From an uncultured Planctomycetia bacterium (lineage in GTDB: Bacteria > Omnitrophota > Gorgyraeia > Duberdicusellales > 4484-171): a DNA stretch of 32,000 nt. Position 1 is the first letter of the stretch. Each line of letters begins with the position of its first letter. A model generated the notes under the pieces. That model made no database searches. It was not told the DNA's origin and saw nothing but the letters and a program-made list of their open reading frames with translations. The translations under genes were made by a program, and so were the position numbers. Location of the stretch: contig CAZHYN010000001.1 of assembly GCA_964536865.1 (NCBI GenBank), positions 213,555 through 245,554 on the forward strand, given 5' to 3'. Shown here one piece after another: positions 22,599 to 31,944 of this stretch.

Positions 22599-24305
22599 AT
22601 GAAAAGAGTTTTACTTATTCTTCCTCCCGTACGGGACTTTTATTTTACTTTCTCAAGAAATTATCCTTTAGGGCTTCTCTACTTAGCTACATTCCTAACC
22701 AGGGAAGGGTTTAAAGTGAAAATTATTAATGCTCTGGAGCGGAGAAGTAAAGTTACTCTTAAAGTTCCTCAAGCTTTTTCTTATCTTAACCGCTATTACC
22801 GCTCTAATAAATCTCCTTTTAGACTCTTCAATAATTTTTATCATTTTGGACTAACTTTTGAGGAGATTCAGGGTCTCATTGAAGATTTTAGACCTCATAT
22901 TGTGGGTATCTCTGCTAATTTTTCATGTTACTTTGACAGTGTTATTCAGGTTACCGAGACTGTTAAAAGAATAGATAAAAGGATTATCACTGTAGTAGGG
23001 GGTAGGTTTGCTACTTCTCAACCGGAGGTACCTCTTAAAAACCCAAATATAGATTTTGTGATTCGTGGAGAGGCAGAGTATACTTTTTTAGAGTTATGTA
23101 AAAAAGTAGATAAAGGAATAGAGCACATTGCTGGTCTTTGTTATAGAACGGGCGATAAGCTCTTTATTTCTCCTCAAATTCCTATCGTAGAAGATTTAGA
23201 TAAAATACCCTATCCTGAACGGACACTTATAAACTACTATGAGTACAAAATAGATGGAAATGTGTATACTTCGTTGATTACTTCTCGAGGGTGTAACTTG
23301 GGTTGTAGGTTTTGCGCAATAAGAGAGCCCTTTCGTTATCGGAAGGCAGAAAATGTATTTGGAGAGATAGAAATTTGTTATAGCCTAGGAATAAGGCACT
23401 TTAATTTTGAAGACGATAATATAAATCTTAATCCTCAGTTCGAGAGACTTCTAGATCTAATTATCGACAGTTTAGTAGACAAAGGAAAGAGTATAAGAAT
23501 TTCCTTTATGAATGGTTTGATGAGTAAAAATTTAAATTTCTCTATTTTAAATAAACTTAAAAAATGTGGTCTTACCCATGTTGATTTTTCTCTAGTGACC
23601 AGAAAGAAGAGTCTTATGAAATATCTTAATCGCTGCCAAGAGAAGAAAATTCTTCCCTTCTCCAGCTACCTTGCTGATAGAGATATTTATCCCTTTATCC
23701 ATTTTATCGTAGGGTTACCTCGTCAGAAATTTGAAGAATGTCTTAAAGATGTAAGTTTCTTAGCAGGCAAAAGAGTTTTTTTAGGGCCAAGTATCTTCTA
23801 TCTTGTTCCGGAAAGTGAGCTATTTAAGGAACTCTTTCCTATCTCCCGAATTAGGGAAGAGGATTATATTTATTTTAGGAGTAGTTGTGCTTATTTCGAA
23901 AAGGATATGAAGAGGGATGAAATATTTTTTATCTTTTACATTTGCAGGATAATTAATTTTATAAAAGAAGTTATAGATAAATTTATGCTGAGTAACTATG
24001 ATTTCCTTTCTTGGATAGAAAGGGTTACATCCACAGTAAAGGTCTTTAGAGACAAAATAGTTTCCTATGAAAAATTAGATAAGTATACCCTTGGAGCAAT
24101 AATTATAAAAGAGTTGCTTACTCAAGAGACTTTATTTAGAATTGTACTCGAGAAGAAAAAAGAAATGTACATCTATAAATTAATAAAAGAAGAATTTATT
24201 CCCTCTCAGTTTATAAGGACTTTCTTGCAGAAGGTTAGAAGTATTTGCGGGGTAAAGAATCCTTTTTCTGTCCAACTGCAAGGGGCATATAGCCCCTTGC
24301 AGTAA
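22599..24305 (+). CDS. B12-binding-domain radical SAM protein
   Basis: N-terminal Rossmann-like cobalamin-binding-type region (VLLILPP...YPLGLLYLATFLTREGFKVKIIN...IVGISA), then SRGCNLGCRFCAI. Length is 568 aa. Confidence 0.7.
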   Translation: MKRVLLILPPVRDFYFTFSRNYPLGLLYLATFLTREGFKVKIINALERRSKVTLKVPQAFSYLNRYYRSNKSPFRLFNNFYHFGLTFEEIQGLIEDFRPHIVGISANFSCYFDSVIQVTETVKRIDKRIITVVGGRFATSQPEVPLKNPNIDFVIRGEAEYTFLELCKKVDKGIEHIAGLCYRTGDKLFISPQIPIVEDLDKIPYPERTLINYYEYKIDGNVYTSLITSRGCNLGCRFCAIREPFRYRKAENVFGEIEICYSLGIRHFNFEDDNINLNPQFERLLDLIIDSLVDKGKSIRISFMNGLMSKNLNFSILNKLKKCGLTHVDFSLVTRKKSLMKYLNRCQEKKILPFSSYLADRDIYPFIHFIVGLPRQKFEECLKDVSFLAGKRVFLGPSIFYLVPESELFKELFPISRIREEDYIYFRSSCAYFEKDMKRDEIFFIFYICRIINFIKEVIDKFMLSNYDFLSWIERVTSTVKVFRDKIVSYEKLDKYTLGAIIIKELLTQETLFRIVLEKKKEMYIYKLIKEEFIPSQFIRTFLQKVRSICGVKNPFSVQLQGAYSPLQ

Positions 24306-24312
24306 TTTTCTT
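24276..24312. terminator. Bidirectional intrinsic terminator between convergent genes
   Basis: Stem CTGCAAGGGGC (24276-24286) / GCCCCTTGCAG (24292-24302), loop ATATA, then TTTTCTTTTT. The hairpin lies inside the last codons of the radical SAM CDS and is 12 nt from the end of the HU gene. Confidence 0.7.
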
Positions 24313-24313
24313 T

Positions 24314-24580
24314 TTAAAGGATAGCTTTTAACTCCTTGGAAGCTCTAAATCCTACGGTTTTCTTCGCAGGAATTTGGATGGTTTCTCCTGTTTTAGGGTT
24401 TCTTCCTGTTCTTGCTTTCCTTTCCTTTACCTTAAATGTTCCAAAACCGGCAATAGTTACAGATTCTTTCTTTTTTAAAGAATTCTTGATTGCTTCCAAT
24501 AGGGCCTCTACTGCCATTTGTGCTTCTTTTTTGGTGCAGGTTTTCTTAGCTACTACTTCAATTAACTGGGCTTTATTCAT
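24314..24580 (-). CDS. hup: HU-family nucleoid DNA-binding protein
   Basis: MNKAQLIE...IAGFGTFKVKERKARTGRNPKTGETIQIPAKKTVGFRASKELK is the canonical HU/IHF signature. Length is 88 aa, with SD GGAGGTG. Confidence 0.92.
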   Translation of the reverse strand: MNKAQLIEVVAKKTCTKKEAQMAVEALLEAIKNSLKKKESVTIAGFGTFKVKERKARTGRNPKTGETIQIPAKKTVGFRASKELKAIL

Positions 24581-24659
24581 CTACACACCTCCTTTTTTAA
24601 TTAGTTATTGATATTTTTAAAAATTAACTTTAAACTATTTTATAATCCTCTAAAGCTAG

Positions 24660-25511
24660 TTGTCAAGCATTTTTATTGATTTTACAATGGATTTCGTAGT
24701 TATTACTAAGAGGGAATTTGATGGTATTTTAAGAAATAGAGAAAAAGGTTTTTTTTCTTTGAGGGTAGATTTTGGACTTAAAGAAGTTAAGGTGGAGATA
24801 AGGGAAGAAAAAGCTATTCTGGATGGGAGGTTCGTTTTAGATTTAAGAAACAGATTAAAACCTCATTTTTGCTATCTTTTAAAGAAAAATAAAATCTTGC
24901 CTATAGCTTTTTTCTCCAAAGATACTAACAGATTCTATAAGCTTATTCCTACCAAGGACTGGCCAAGCTTAGCTATTGGCTCAGTTCCTATGCATAAAGT
25001 GAAGCTATCTTCTCCTTACCAGGATACTAAGGAAAAAATTGAGCTCCTTCGTCCTTGGGGGAGAGTTCTAGATACGTGCATGGGACTGGGTTACACAGCA
25101 ATTTTAGCTTCTCCTTACAGTAAGGAAGTAATAACCTTTGAAAAGGATAAAAACGTTTTATTCTTAACGAAAATTAACCCTCTCTCTTACCAGATCTTTT
25201 TAGACCCTAAGATAAAAGTAAAAAAAGCAGATATAACTAAATATATTCACCGATTTCCTTTAGGTTACTTTGACTGTGTAATCTGCGATCCTCCTACATT
25301 CAAGTTAGCACCTTCCTTATATAGCGTGGATTTCTACTACCAACTTTATCGAGTTTTGCGAAAGAAAGGAAGGCTCTATCACTATCTTCCTTTGTATAGG
25401 ATCACTCAAGGTTACAATTTTCCTTCAAAAATTAAAAGGAAATTAGAAGAAGTAGGATTCAGAACTAAAAGATTTTTACCTTCAAAAGGTCATCTTTTAT
25501 GTATCAAATAA
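24660..25511 (+). CDS. Class I SAM-dependent methyltransferase (amino-methyltransferase-like DPPTF motif); start uncertain
   Basis: VLDTCMGLGYTAILAS (motif I), EVITFEKD, and FDCVICDPPTF (DPPY/F-type motif IV). TTG 24660 or ATG 24687 are both possible starts, and neither has an obvious SD. Confidence 0.6.
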   Translation: MSSIFIDFTMDFVVITKREFDGILRNREKGFFSLRVDFGLKEVKVEIREEKAILDGRFVLDLRNRLKPHFCYLLKKNKILPIAFFSKDTNRFYKLIPTKDWPSLAIGSVPMHKVKLSSPYQDTKEKIELLRPWGRVLDTCMGLGYTAILASPYSKEVITFEKDKNVLFLTKINPLSYQIFLDPKIKVKKADITKYIHRFPLGYFDCVICDPPTFKLAPSLYSVDFYYQLYRVLRKKGRLYHYLPLYRITQGYNFPSKIKRKLEEVGFRTKRFLPSKGHLLCIK

Positions 25512-26101
25512 ATTTAGAGAAAGAAAGGGAAAAATTGGATAGAGAGATAACTTTTTTCCACTTAAAGAGAGCTAAAAGAATTGCTTTGCGTGCTTTGAAA
25601 GAAGCAAGAAGAAGAAAAGATTGGTTCTTTATTTACTACTTTACTGCCCAGAAGTATATTTTGAGTGAGAGATTCAGGGAAGCAAAAAGATACTTGGAGA
25701 AAGCATTGAGATTAAGGCCTAAAGATGCACTAAGTTACAATGACAAAGCTATATGTTTGGCAGAACTCGGAGATTATGAGGATGCTCTTTCTTGCTTCAA
25801 TGAAGGAATTAAGAAGAATAAGGATTGCCCCACCTTATTCCACAATAAAGGATGGTTTCTTAACTTTCTCAATAGACACAAGGAGGCATTAGTATGTTTT
25901 CATAAGGCTTTAGAGTTTGATCCCTCTCGTGCTGAGTCTCTTTACAGTTTGGCAGATTCTTACTTCTCTTTAGGAAAATTTAAAGAGGCAAAGAAATATT
26001 TCCAAAAGGCTGCTCAGGTAGTTAGAGGAAAAAGTAGTTTTGTTTACCGGGAGGCTAAGCGGCGTTTTAAAGAAATTCTTTCCTTGGAGAAGGATACTTA
26101 A
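25499..26101 (+). CDS. TPR-repeat protein
   Basis: Repeated 34-aa A/Y/L patterns (YLEKALRLRPKDALSYNDKAICL, ALSCFNEGIKKN, FHKALEFDPSRAESLYSLADSYFSLGKFKEAKKYFQKA). Confidence 0.7.
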   Translation: MYQINLEKEREKLDREITFFHLKRAKRIALRALKEARRRKDWFFIYYFTAQKYILSERFREAKRYLEKALRLRPKDALSYNDKAICLAELGDYEDALSCFNEGIKKNKDCPTLFHNKGWFLNFLNRHKEALVCFHKALEFDPSRAESLYSLADSYFSLGKFKEAKKYFQKAAQVVRGKSSFVYREAKRRFKEILSLEKDT

Positions 26102-26197
26102 TTTAAAAGTTCCCTTTTCTGCATATTATATCAACGTAAGCTTAAATCCTTAGCGATTATACTTTCTATAACTATAATAGATGATGAGAAAGATAGT

Positions 26198-28825
26198 TTA
26201 ACCCAGGAGAAGTTTTATTACGCATACATTGCCAGGAGGCAAAGAAGAGATAACCTCTTTAGGTATTTTTACAATTTCTTCCTCTAATTTTTTGGAGAGC
26301 CCATTTATTATTACCTGTTTAGGCTTATAGAATTTTTTGGTATTTGTCTTTTGGTAGATTACCTTGATCTTTCTTCCTTGAAATTTTAATTCCATCTCAA
26401 TACTCTTTTTAAAAAAGTTACTATTAGTGAGTTTAGGTTGAAGTAACAAGTCTCCTTGAGAAAATTTTATTCCCATAACCTCTTCGAAAATAGTATAAAT
26501 ATACCAACTTGCTGAGCCAGTCAGATAGAAGTAGAGCCCTCTTCCTTCTAGATTGAAGTACTCAGGAATCATAGGATAGATTTTACTAAACTTAGATGTG
26601 GACATCTTGTAGATAGAATATAAAGCCTTAAACCCTTCTTCTATAAATCCTCTTTTATATAATCCGTAAGCGAATAGAACCACCATGTGATTGAAGAATG
26701 CGCCATTTTCTTTATCTCCGTAGCTGAACCCGAAAGCCCTGCCCAGTTCAAGGTAGGGAGTTTCAAAGTTGGTGTTAAGGCGTAGGCCTTTCAGTTTTTT
26801 ATCCTTAAGATAGCGGTTAACAGAGATAATAATCTTTCTAATTTGATTAGAAGTGGCCACTCCACTAATTATAGGAAATACCTGTGATTGAAGCAGGAGT
26901 CGGACTTTCCCTTTTTTCTTTCCCTCTACCCGTCTTCCCCGGTTATCATAGTAACCGTTGAAAAATCCTTCTTTTAGCCACTCCTTTTTTCTTATATAGT
27001 TGTAAATCCACTCTCCCTTTTCTTTTAAGTCTCTAGCTAGCAAGGAAGTTTTTATCTTCATCCTTTTACCACTCACCTTGTATTTAGTTTTTTCTAAATA
27101 GCAGGATAAAATTTCTTTTTTTCTATTTGCATTATTATAATCTATAGGATGATTTAATCGATTCAAAAGGAAGCTAATTTCCTTTAGAAGTTCTATTTTT
27201 TTTCTTCTTTTAGCAATTTCTTCCAAAATATCTCCTAATCTCTTAAGATTGTAACCATACATACAGTAAAAAGGCACACTTTCTCCTTTGTCAGGAGCAC
27301 AGTCTAACCCATCATTCCAATCCGCATTTTCTAACCTTAAGATATTGTGGTCTCCTACGTTGAAGAATTGTACAAGATTCTGTATAAGGAGATGCTCTAA
27401 AACACTCCCTTTATAAAGTTGGTTCCTTTCTGTTCTTAGAAAGAAATCCTCTCCCTTAAACTTTAGATCAATCTCTTTAGCTCTCTTAAGTTGATGATCT
27501 CTAAAGTAGGGTATCTTTTTAAAAAGAAGATTCCAATTTCCCGAGTAATTTAGGTAAAGCTCAACAGCAAGGAGGGGCCAAACACCATGGTCTGTCCAAA
27601 CTCGGGAGATTCGGTTTCTGTCAGATATAAATTTCCCCTCTCTAGTAATTATAGTGGCGTTAGAACCATCAATCCTTATTCCTTTAAGATTATTAAGAAT
27701 TAATTTATCTATGTTTTTCTCTCCTCGTAAGATAAGAGAAAGTATGTCTTGCCAGAGATCTCGCCAGCCTCTGCCTCCTTTTCCATAATCAAAATGAGGT
27801 AAAAATGAGCACCCCCATAGTTTCCTTAAAGTAGGTTGAAAATACACCCACAGAAGCCAGTTATTGAATAATTTATTCTTAAAATCAAATCTTAAAGAGG
27901 AGAGGTGTTTTTGCCAGTAGCTTTTTGTTTTCTCTAAGTAAAGTTTTATTTTTTTCTGAGAGTTAAGTTTTCTAAAGGTCTCATACATATACTGTTTATC
28001 CTCAGCTATCCCCATAATTACAAAGAAATTTACCTCTTCCCCTTTTCTAATAGTTAGTTCTCTAAATCTAAATGCTGCACAACTCTCTTTCCCATCAAAG
28101 TTTTTCTGTTTTCTCTTGAAAGGCTTTAGATTTCTATATACTGCTTGGGGTTTTTCTAAATTTCCTTCTTCTCCACAGAAAGTTAAGAGAGTAGGAAATT
28201 GCCCTAAGGGCGGCAAAGAGTTCTGATGCGCAAAGGCAAAGTAAAGAGTGGTGTTTTCTCTATGCTTGCGCTCATCAAAAATCATCGTAGGTTTAAGAAT
28301 AATCTCATACCTTTTAAGTTCTACTCTATTTAGGAGAGAGGTAACGTGACGGTGATCTCTTAGGCTTTTTTCTCCTCTTCCATAAAGAGGAAGAAAAGAG
28401 GTGGGGGTAATTTTTATCTTTTTTTTGCCTCTGATTTTCACCCACATTACTTCCACATCTAAGTCAAAAGGGATAAAATTTAGAATTTCTAAGGAAAATA
28501 GCTCATTTTCCTTAATGAGCTTATGGTATAGAAATCCACATTCTAAATATTCCTGAGGAAAAGGTTTTGAGGCCTGATATACTATTCCATCTTTGGTTCT
28601 TATAAAGAAGTCCCTGCGACACAAAGGATTATTTTTTATATCCTCTATAGTAGCAGGAGGAGTAAGGAATCTGTCATTATCCTTTTTTATATCTCCTGCT
28701 AAATTAGGGCTAATAGAGCTTAGGAGTGTACCGTCTTTATTAGTAAGAGGAAAGTAGAGGTAGGAGATCTTACAGGGGCTATTCACGCGGAATGTTCCGT
28801 AGTTATCTATAAAGTGATAAATCAT
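26198..28825 (-). CDS. GH94-like glycoside phosphorylase (cellobiose/chitobiose-phosphorylase / GT36 family-like)
   Basis: 875 aa. GRGWRDLWQDIL, ENADWNDGLD and LTGSASWYIYTI correspond to the RD..QD, DWND (catalytic Asp) and GSAAW motifs of GH94-type (alpha/alpha)6 phosphorylases. Confidence 0.6.
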   Translation of the reverse strand: MIYHFIDNYGTFRVNSPCKISYLYFPLTNKDGTLLSSISPNLAGDIKKDNDRFLTPPATIEDIKNNPLCRRDFFIRTKDGIVYQASKPFPQEYLECGFLYHKLIKENELFSLEILNFIPFDLDVEVMWVKIRGKKKIKITPTSFLPLYGRGEKSLRDHRHVTSLLNRVELKRYEIILKPTMIFDERKHRENTTLYFAFAHQNSLPPLGQFPTLLTFCGEEGNLEKPQAVYRNLKPFKRKQKNFDGKESCAAFRFRELTIRKGEEVNFFVIMGIAEDKQYMYETFRKLNSQKKIKLYLEKTKSYWQKHLSSLRFDFKNKLFNNWLLWVYFQPTLRKLWGCSFLPHFDYGKGGRGWRDLWQDILSLILRGEKNIDKLILNNLKGIRIDGSNATIITREGKFISDRNRISRVWTDHGVWPLLAVELYLNYSGNWNLLFKKIPYFRDHQLKRAKEIDLKFKGEDFFLRTERNQLYKGSVLEHLLIQNLVQFFNVGDHNILRLENADWNDGLDCAPDKGESVPFYCMYGYNLKRLGDILEEIAKRRKKIELLKEISFLLNRLNHPIDYNNANRKKEILSCYLEKTKYKVSGKRMKIKTSLLARDLKEKGEWIYNYIRKKEWLKEGFFNGYYDNRGRRVEGKKKGKVRLLLQSQVFPIISGVATSNQIRKIIISVNRYLKDKKLKGLRLNTNFETPYLELGRAFGFSYGDKENGAFFNHMVVLFAYGLYKRGFIEEGFKALYSIYKMSTSKFSKIYPMIPEYFNLEGRGLYFYLTGSASWYIYTIFEEVMGIKFSQGDLLLQPKLTNSNFFKKSIEMELKFQGRKIKVIYQKTNTKKFYKPKQVIINGLSKKLEEEIVKIPKEVISSLPPGNVCVIKLLLG

Positions 28826-29694
28826 TTTAATTTTTTATATACTTCCTCTAATAAGCTTAAAGGTGTAGAAGCCCCTCCTATGATTCCTACTGTTTTAAAT
28901 CTTTTTATATTCTGAGGTAATTCAGGTTTAGTTACGAAGAAAGTGTTATCGTTGATTTTTTTAGAGATTCTATACAAACGTGTAGTATTAGCGCTTTTTT
29001 TTGAGCCTATTACAAGGATTGCTTCACACTTTTTAGCTAACTCTTTTACCTCTTTTTGTCTTTTTTCTGTCTCTTCGCAAATAGTGTTAATAAAAAACAA
29101 TTCCTTAGCTATTTTAGAGAGCCGGTAGATAATTTTTGCCACATCATCGATATTCTGGGTAGATTGGACTACTATAGCAACTTTCTTTTTTATCTTATGT
29201 TTTATTTTCTTTAAGTCAGTTTCTTTCTCAACTACTATGCCTTTTTTCGTGTTACCCAGTATTCCTATAGTTTCTTCATGATTTCTGTCTCCCACTATGA
29301 TTATTTGATAACCCTTTTCTTCTAGGTTTTTTACTTTTTTGTGAATCTGGGTTACTTTGGGACAGGTAGCATCAATGATATTTATATTTTTTCTTTTAGC
29401 TTCACTGTATAACTTTTGTGGTACTCCGTGAGCTTTAATTAGAAGAGCTGCTCCTGAAGGGATAGAGTCTATATCTTTTACTTTCTTTACCCCCATTCTC
29501 TGTATTTCTTCAGAAACTCTTTCGTTATGTACTAAGTCACCGATTATATAGATTTTCTCACCAAGATTTGCACCTTTAGAGTTTTCTAAACCAGAATGAG
29601 ATTTTTTAAATTTAGAGACAGCTCTCTTGGTTATTTCTATTGCTCTTTCTACGCCAAAACAGAAACCTAAGTTCTTAGCTTTATAGATCTTCAT
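28822..29694 (-). CDS. ispH: 4-hydroxy-3-methylbut-2-enyl diphosphate reductase IspH/LytB
   Basis: GFCFGVERAI, LVHNE, ATCPKVT, NHEE, NTICEET..RQ and VIGSKKSANTTRL include the three conserved Cys and family motifs. It carries a short insert (HSGLENSKGANLGEK) after the first motif. Confidence 0.9.
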   Translation of the reverse strand: MKIYKAKNLGFCFGVERAIEITKRAVSKFKKSHSGLENSKGANLGEKIYIIGDLVHNERVSEEIQRMGVKKVKDIDSIPSGAALLIKAHGVPQKLYSEAKRKNINIIDATCPKVTQIHKKVKNLEEKGYQIIIVGDRNHEETIGILGNTKKGIVVEKETDLKKIKHKIKKKVAIVVQSTQNIDDVAKIIYRLSKIAKELFFINTICEETEKRQKEVKELAKKCEAILVIGSKKSANTTRLYRISKKINDNTFFVTKPELPQNIKRFKTVGIIGGASTPLSLLEEVYKKLK

Positions 29695-29761
29695 AGATAA
29701 TATTGTATAATAAATTCTTTATTTTTCATCTAATTTTTACTATAATTAGGAAATTAATTAG

Positions 29762-30151
29762 GAAATAAAGAGAAAGTTATTTTTCTTTCTTTTATGCCTC
29801 CCTTGGTTAGTTTTTGCAAAAGAAGAGGTAGAAGCTCTTTTTTATTCTCCCCAACGCAAAGCGTGTTTGAGAATAAAAAATGAGTTTCTTCCTGAGTTTT
29901 TAAGAAAGTATCAGGATATAGTAGAAGTAAAATTCCTAAGTGTTTATAAACCAGAGAATTTAAGTTTTCTCGTTTTTCTCTCTACCCGTTTTAAGAAAGA
30001 AAAAGTAAAGGTTCCTACTGTTTTGGTGGGAGATAAGTTTTTAGAGGGTTTCCCTCAGATAGAAGAGAATTTAGAAAGATTAGTGAATTTAGTTCTTAAG
30101 AGGAAAATGAAAATTAAGTTAAACCTTGCTCAGAAAGTTATTCTAGATTAA
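29762..30151 (+). pseudogene. Thioredoxin/glutaredoxin-fold exported protein lacking a canonical start codon (ATA where ATG is expected)
   Basis: The frame is open from 29762. The region 29765 onward reads I-KRKLFFFLLCLPWLVFA-KEEVEALFYSPQRKAC..., which would be a perfect signal peptide if ATA 29765 were ATG. The only canonical start (TTG 29867) lies after the signal peptide. The domain has a Grx-like layout (..VPTVLVGDKFLEG..). Confidence 0.4.
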
Positions 30152-30173
30152 GTTTAAGGAGTTTTCTTTTCTT

Positions 30174-30885
30174 GTGATAATTTCTGCTGGCTTAATCAAT
30201 GGTATAAATCTCTGTGCTTTCACAGTTATTGTTTTCTTTGTTTCTTTCTTGGCAGTTTATCAATATCGTAGAGAAGAGATAATTTTTGTTGAATCCTTCT
30301 ATATCTTAGGAATATTTATTACCTACCTTCTTTTAAGTCTGAGGGTTTCAGATTCCTTTACACTGTAAGTAACTTTTATTTCCTTATAAAGGGATTCTAC
30401 TACATGGTGGCAGGTTTTTGTTTTTGTCTTTTTATATTTGCTCTATATGGTTACTTTAAATACCGGAAAACAAAAGAAAGTGAGGGCTTAATTTTGCAAT
30501 TGCCTTCTTTCTTGAAGAAAAAAATAAATCTGGTGATTGGTAAAGGGCTGAGAAAAAAAGAAAGAAATTTTTAGAGTTATCCATCGTCTCTTTAGTTGTA
30601 GGGTTTTTAGTTTCTTTCCTAGAAGGAGTCTGTACTGGTCAGGTATACCTTCCTACTATATTTTTTATTCTCAAAACCTCTACCTTGAGATTGAAGGCTT
30701 TTATTTACCCTCTTATCTATAATCTTGTCTTTATTGCCCCCTTAATTGTAATATTTTTACTTTCTTTCTTGGGCGTTTCTTCTCAGGAGGTTAACAAGTT
30801 TCTTAAGAAGAATTTGGATGGGGTAAAGTTAAGTATGGCAGTTTTATTTTTAGTTTTAGGGTTAGCCATTCTTTGGGTCAGTTAG
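30174..30885 (+). pseudogene. DsbD/CcdA-like (cytochrome c biogenesis-type) membrane protein disrupted by at least two frameshifts
   Basis: One coherent protein is spread over three frames. Frame 3 (30174-30368) reads IISAGLINGINLCAF...YILGIFITYLLL. Frame 2 (about 30341-30574) reads GFRFLYTV...MVAGFCFCLFIFALYGYFKYRK...INLVIGKGLRKK. Frame 1 (30544-30885) reads LSIVSLVVGFLVSFLEGVCTGQVYLPT...LGLAILWVS. The second shift lies in the A-rich run at 30551-30567. Confidence 0.5.
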
Positions 30886-31034
30886 TGATAGGAGGAGACT
30901 TTCTTCTTTGTTTCTTGCTGGCAGATTCGGGGGGTTTGTTGAATTTAGAAATTGGTTTACTTTGATATCTCTAAATAAAGTTTCCCTTCATTTTATTTTT
31001 TTGATAAAATAATTATCTTTAGAAAGGAGGAGAG

Positions 31035-31256
31035 ATGGTAACTAAGGAGGTAGAGTTAACTATTCCTGGGGAATTTAAGGACGAACCTATTTTTTACTAC
31101 ATTATCAAGAATTTTGAAGTTGTTCCTAATATTGTAGAGGCTTCCTTTTCTACGGAGATGGGATGGGCAATTGTAAGAATCGAAGGAGAAGAGAAAGAAC
31201 TAGAGAAGTTATTTAACTTCTTGAAAGAGAAAGGTGTCCAAGTTAACTTTAGATAG
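31035..31256 (+). CDS. NIL-domain (ferredoxin-like, MetN C-terminal-type) small protein
   Basis: VELTIPGEFKDEPIFYYIIKNFEVVPNIVEASFS...GWAIVRIEGEE fits the stand-alone NIL-domain pattern. Length is 73 aa, with a strong SD (AAGGAGGAG). Confidence 0.55.
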   Translation: MVTKEVELTIPGEFKDEPIFYYIIKNFEVVPNIVEASFSTEMGWAIVRIEGEEKELEKLFNFLKEKGVQVNFR

Positions 31257-31944
31257 AGATAAAGTATTTAAGAATATCCATATTGTTTTAGTTTCTCCTC
31301 AGGTTCCTGAAAATATAGGGCTGAGCGCTCGCATCCTTAAAAATACTTCCTTTTCTAATCTCATTCTTATAAATCCTAACCTCACTAATAAATCTTTTGA
31401 AGTAGCTAAAAGAGCAAGAGACGTCCTAGAGAAAGCTAAAATCTATAATAGATTAGAGGAGATAAGAAATGGCTACTATTTCATTTTTGCCACTACTCGT
31501 CGGAGGAGAGAGTTTAAAGTCATCTATAACTTTAACTACATCTTACCTCAACTCGTTTGTTTAGCTTCTTCTAAAAGGATAGCTATTCTATTTGGGAAAG
31601 AGAATTTTGGGTTATCTTACCAAGAACTTGAATTTGCCGACAGTATCTTCTATATCCCTGCAAATAAAAGTTTCCCTTCTTATAATTTAGCTTTTAGTGT
31701 GGGTATTGTGTGTTATGAGATTTTTCGTTTCCTTGAGGATACCTTTTCTCGATCCTATCTAAATCTAGCTAAGAGGAAAAATATTCAGGCTCTTTTCGAT
31801 TTTATTAACGCTACCCTAACAAGGAAATTTTCTGAAGAGGTAGCTACCTCTATTAGTAAGATACTTGCCGGATTACTGAAGAGAACTTACCTTACTAAGA
31901 AAGAATGTGAAATCCTCAAGTTTTTATTTCTCAAACTCTCTTAG
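31234..31944 (+). CDS. SpoU/TrmH-family RNA 2'-O-methyltransferase (TrmJ-like)
   Basis: IHIVLVSPQVPENIGLSARILKNTSFSNLILINP (motif 1), ILFGKENFGL (motif 2) and YIPANKSFPSYNLAFSVGIVCYE (motif 3, SLN-type). The GTG start overlaps the NIL gene by 23 nt. Confidence 0.75.
   Translation: MSKLTLDRDKVFKNIHIVLVSPQVPENIGLSARILKNTSFSNLILINPNLTNKSFEVAKRARDVLEKAKIYNRLEEIRNGYYFIFATTRRRREFKVIYNFNYILPQLVCLASSKRIAILFGKENFGLSYQELEFADSIFYIPANKSFPSYNLAFSVGIVCYEIFRFLEDTFSRSYLNLAKRKNIQALFDFINATLTRKFSEEVATSISKILAGLLKRTYLTKKECEILKFLFLKLS

Noticed and set aside
19135-24305. Three radical SAM genes (rlmN, PflX-like, B12-binding) plus a flavin reductase, considered as a possible RiPP or cofactor biosynthetic cluster.
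   Set aside because: rlmN and the Sun-family methyltransferase are housekeeping RNA-modification genes. No precursor-peptide-like small ORF, protease, transporter or RRE-like gene is present, so co-direction alone is insufficient.
24336-24611. 91-aa + strand ORF opposite the HU gene.
   Set aside because: The minus-strand HU reading has a canonical full-length signature and a strong SD. The + strand ORF is its antisense shadow.
24660-24689. Apparent good promoter TTGTCA-17-TACAAT upstream of the methyltransferase.
   Set aside because: The -10 overlaps the candidate ATG (24687-24689) and the -35 coincides with the alternative TTG start (24660). It cannot serve the ORF as drawn and is likely a chance match in AT-rich DNA. 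The start of this gene remains uncertain.
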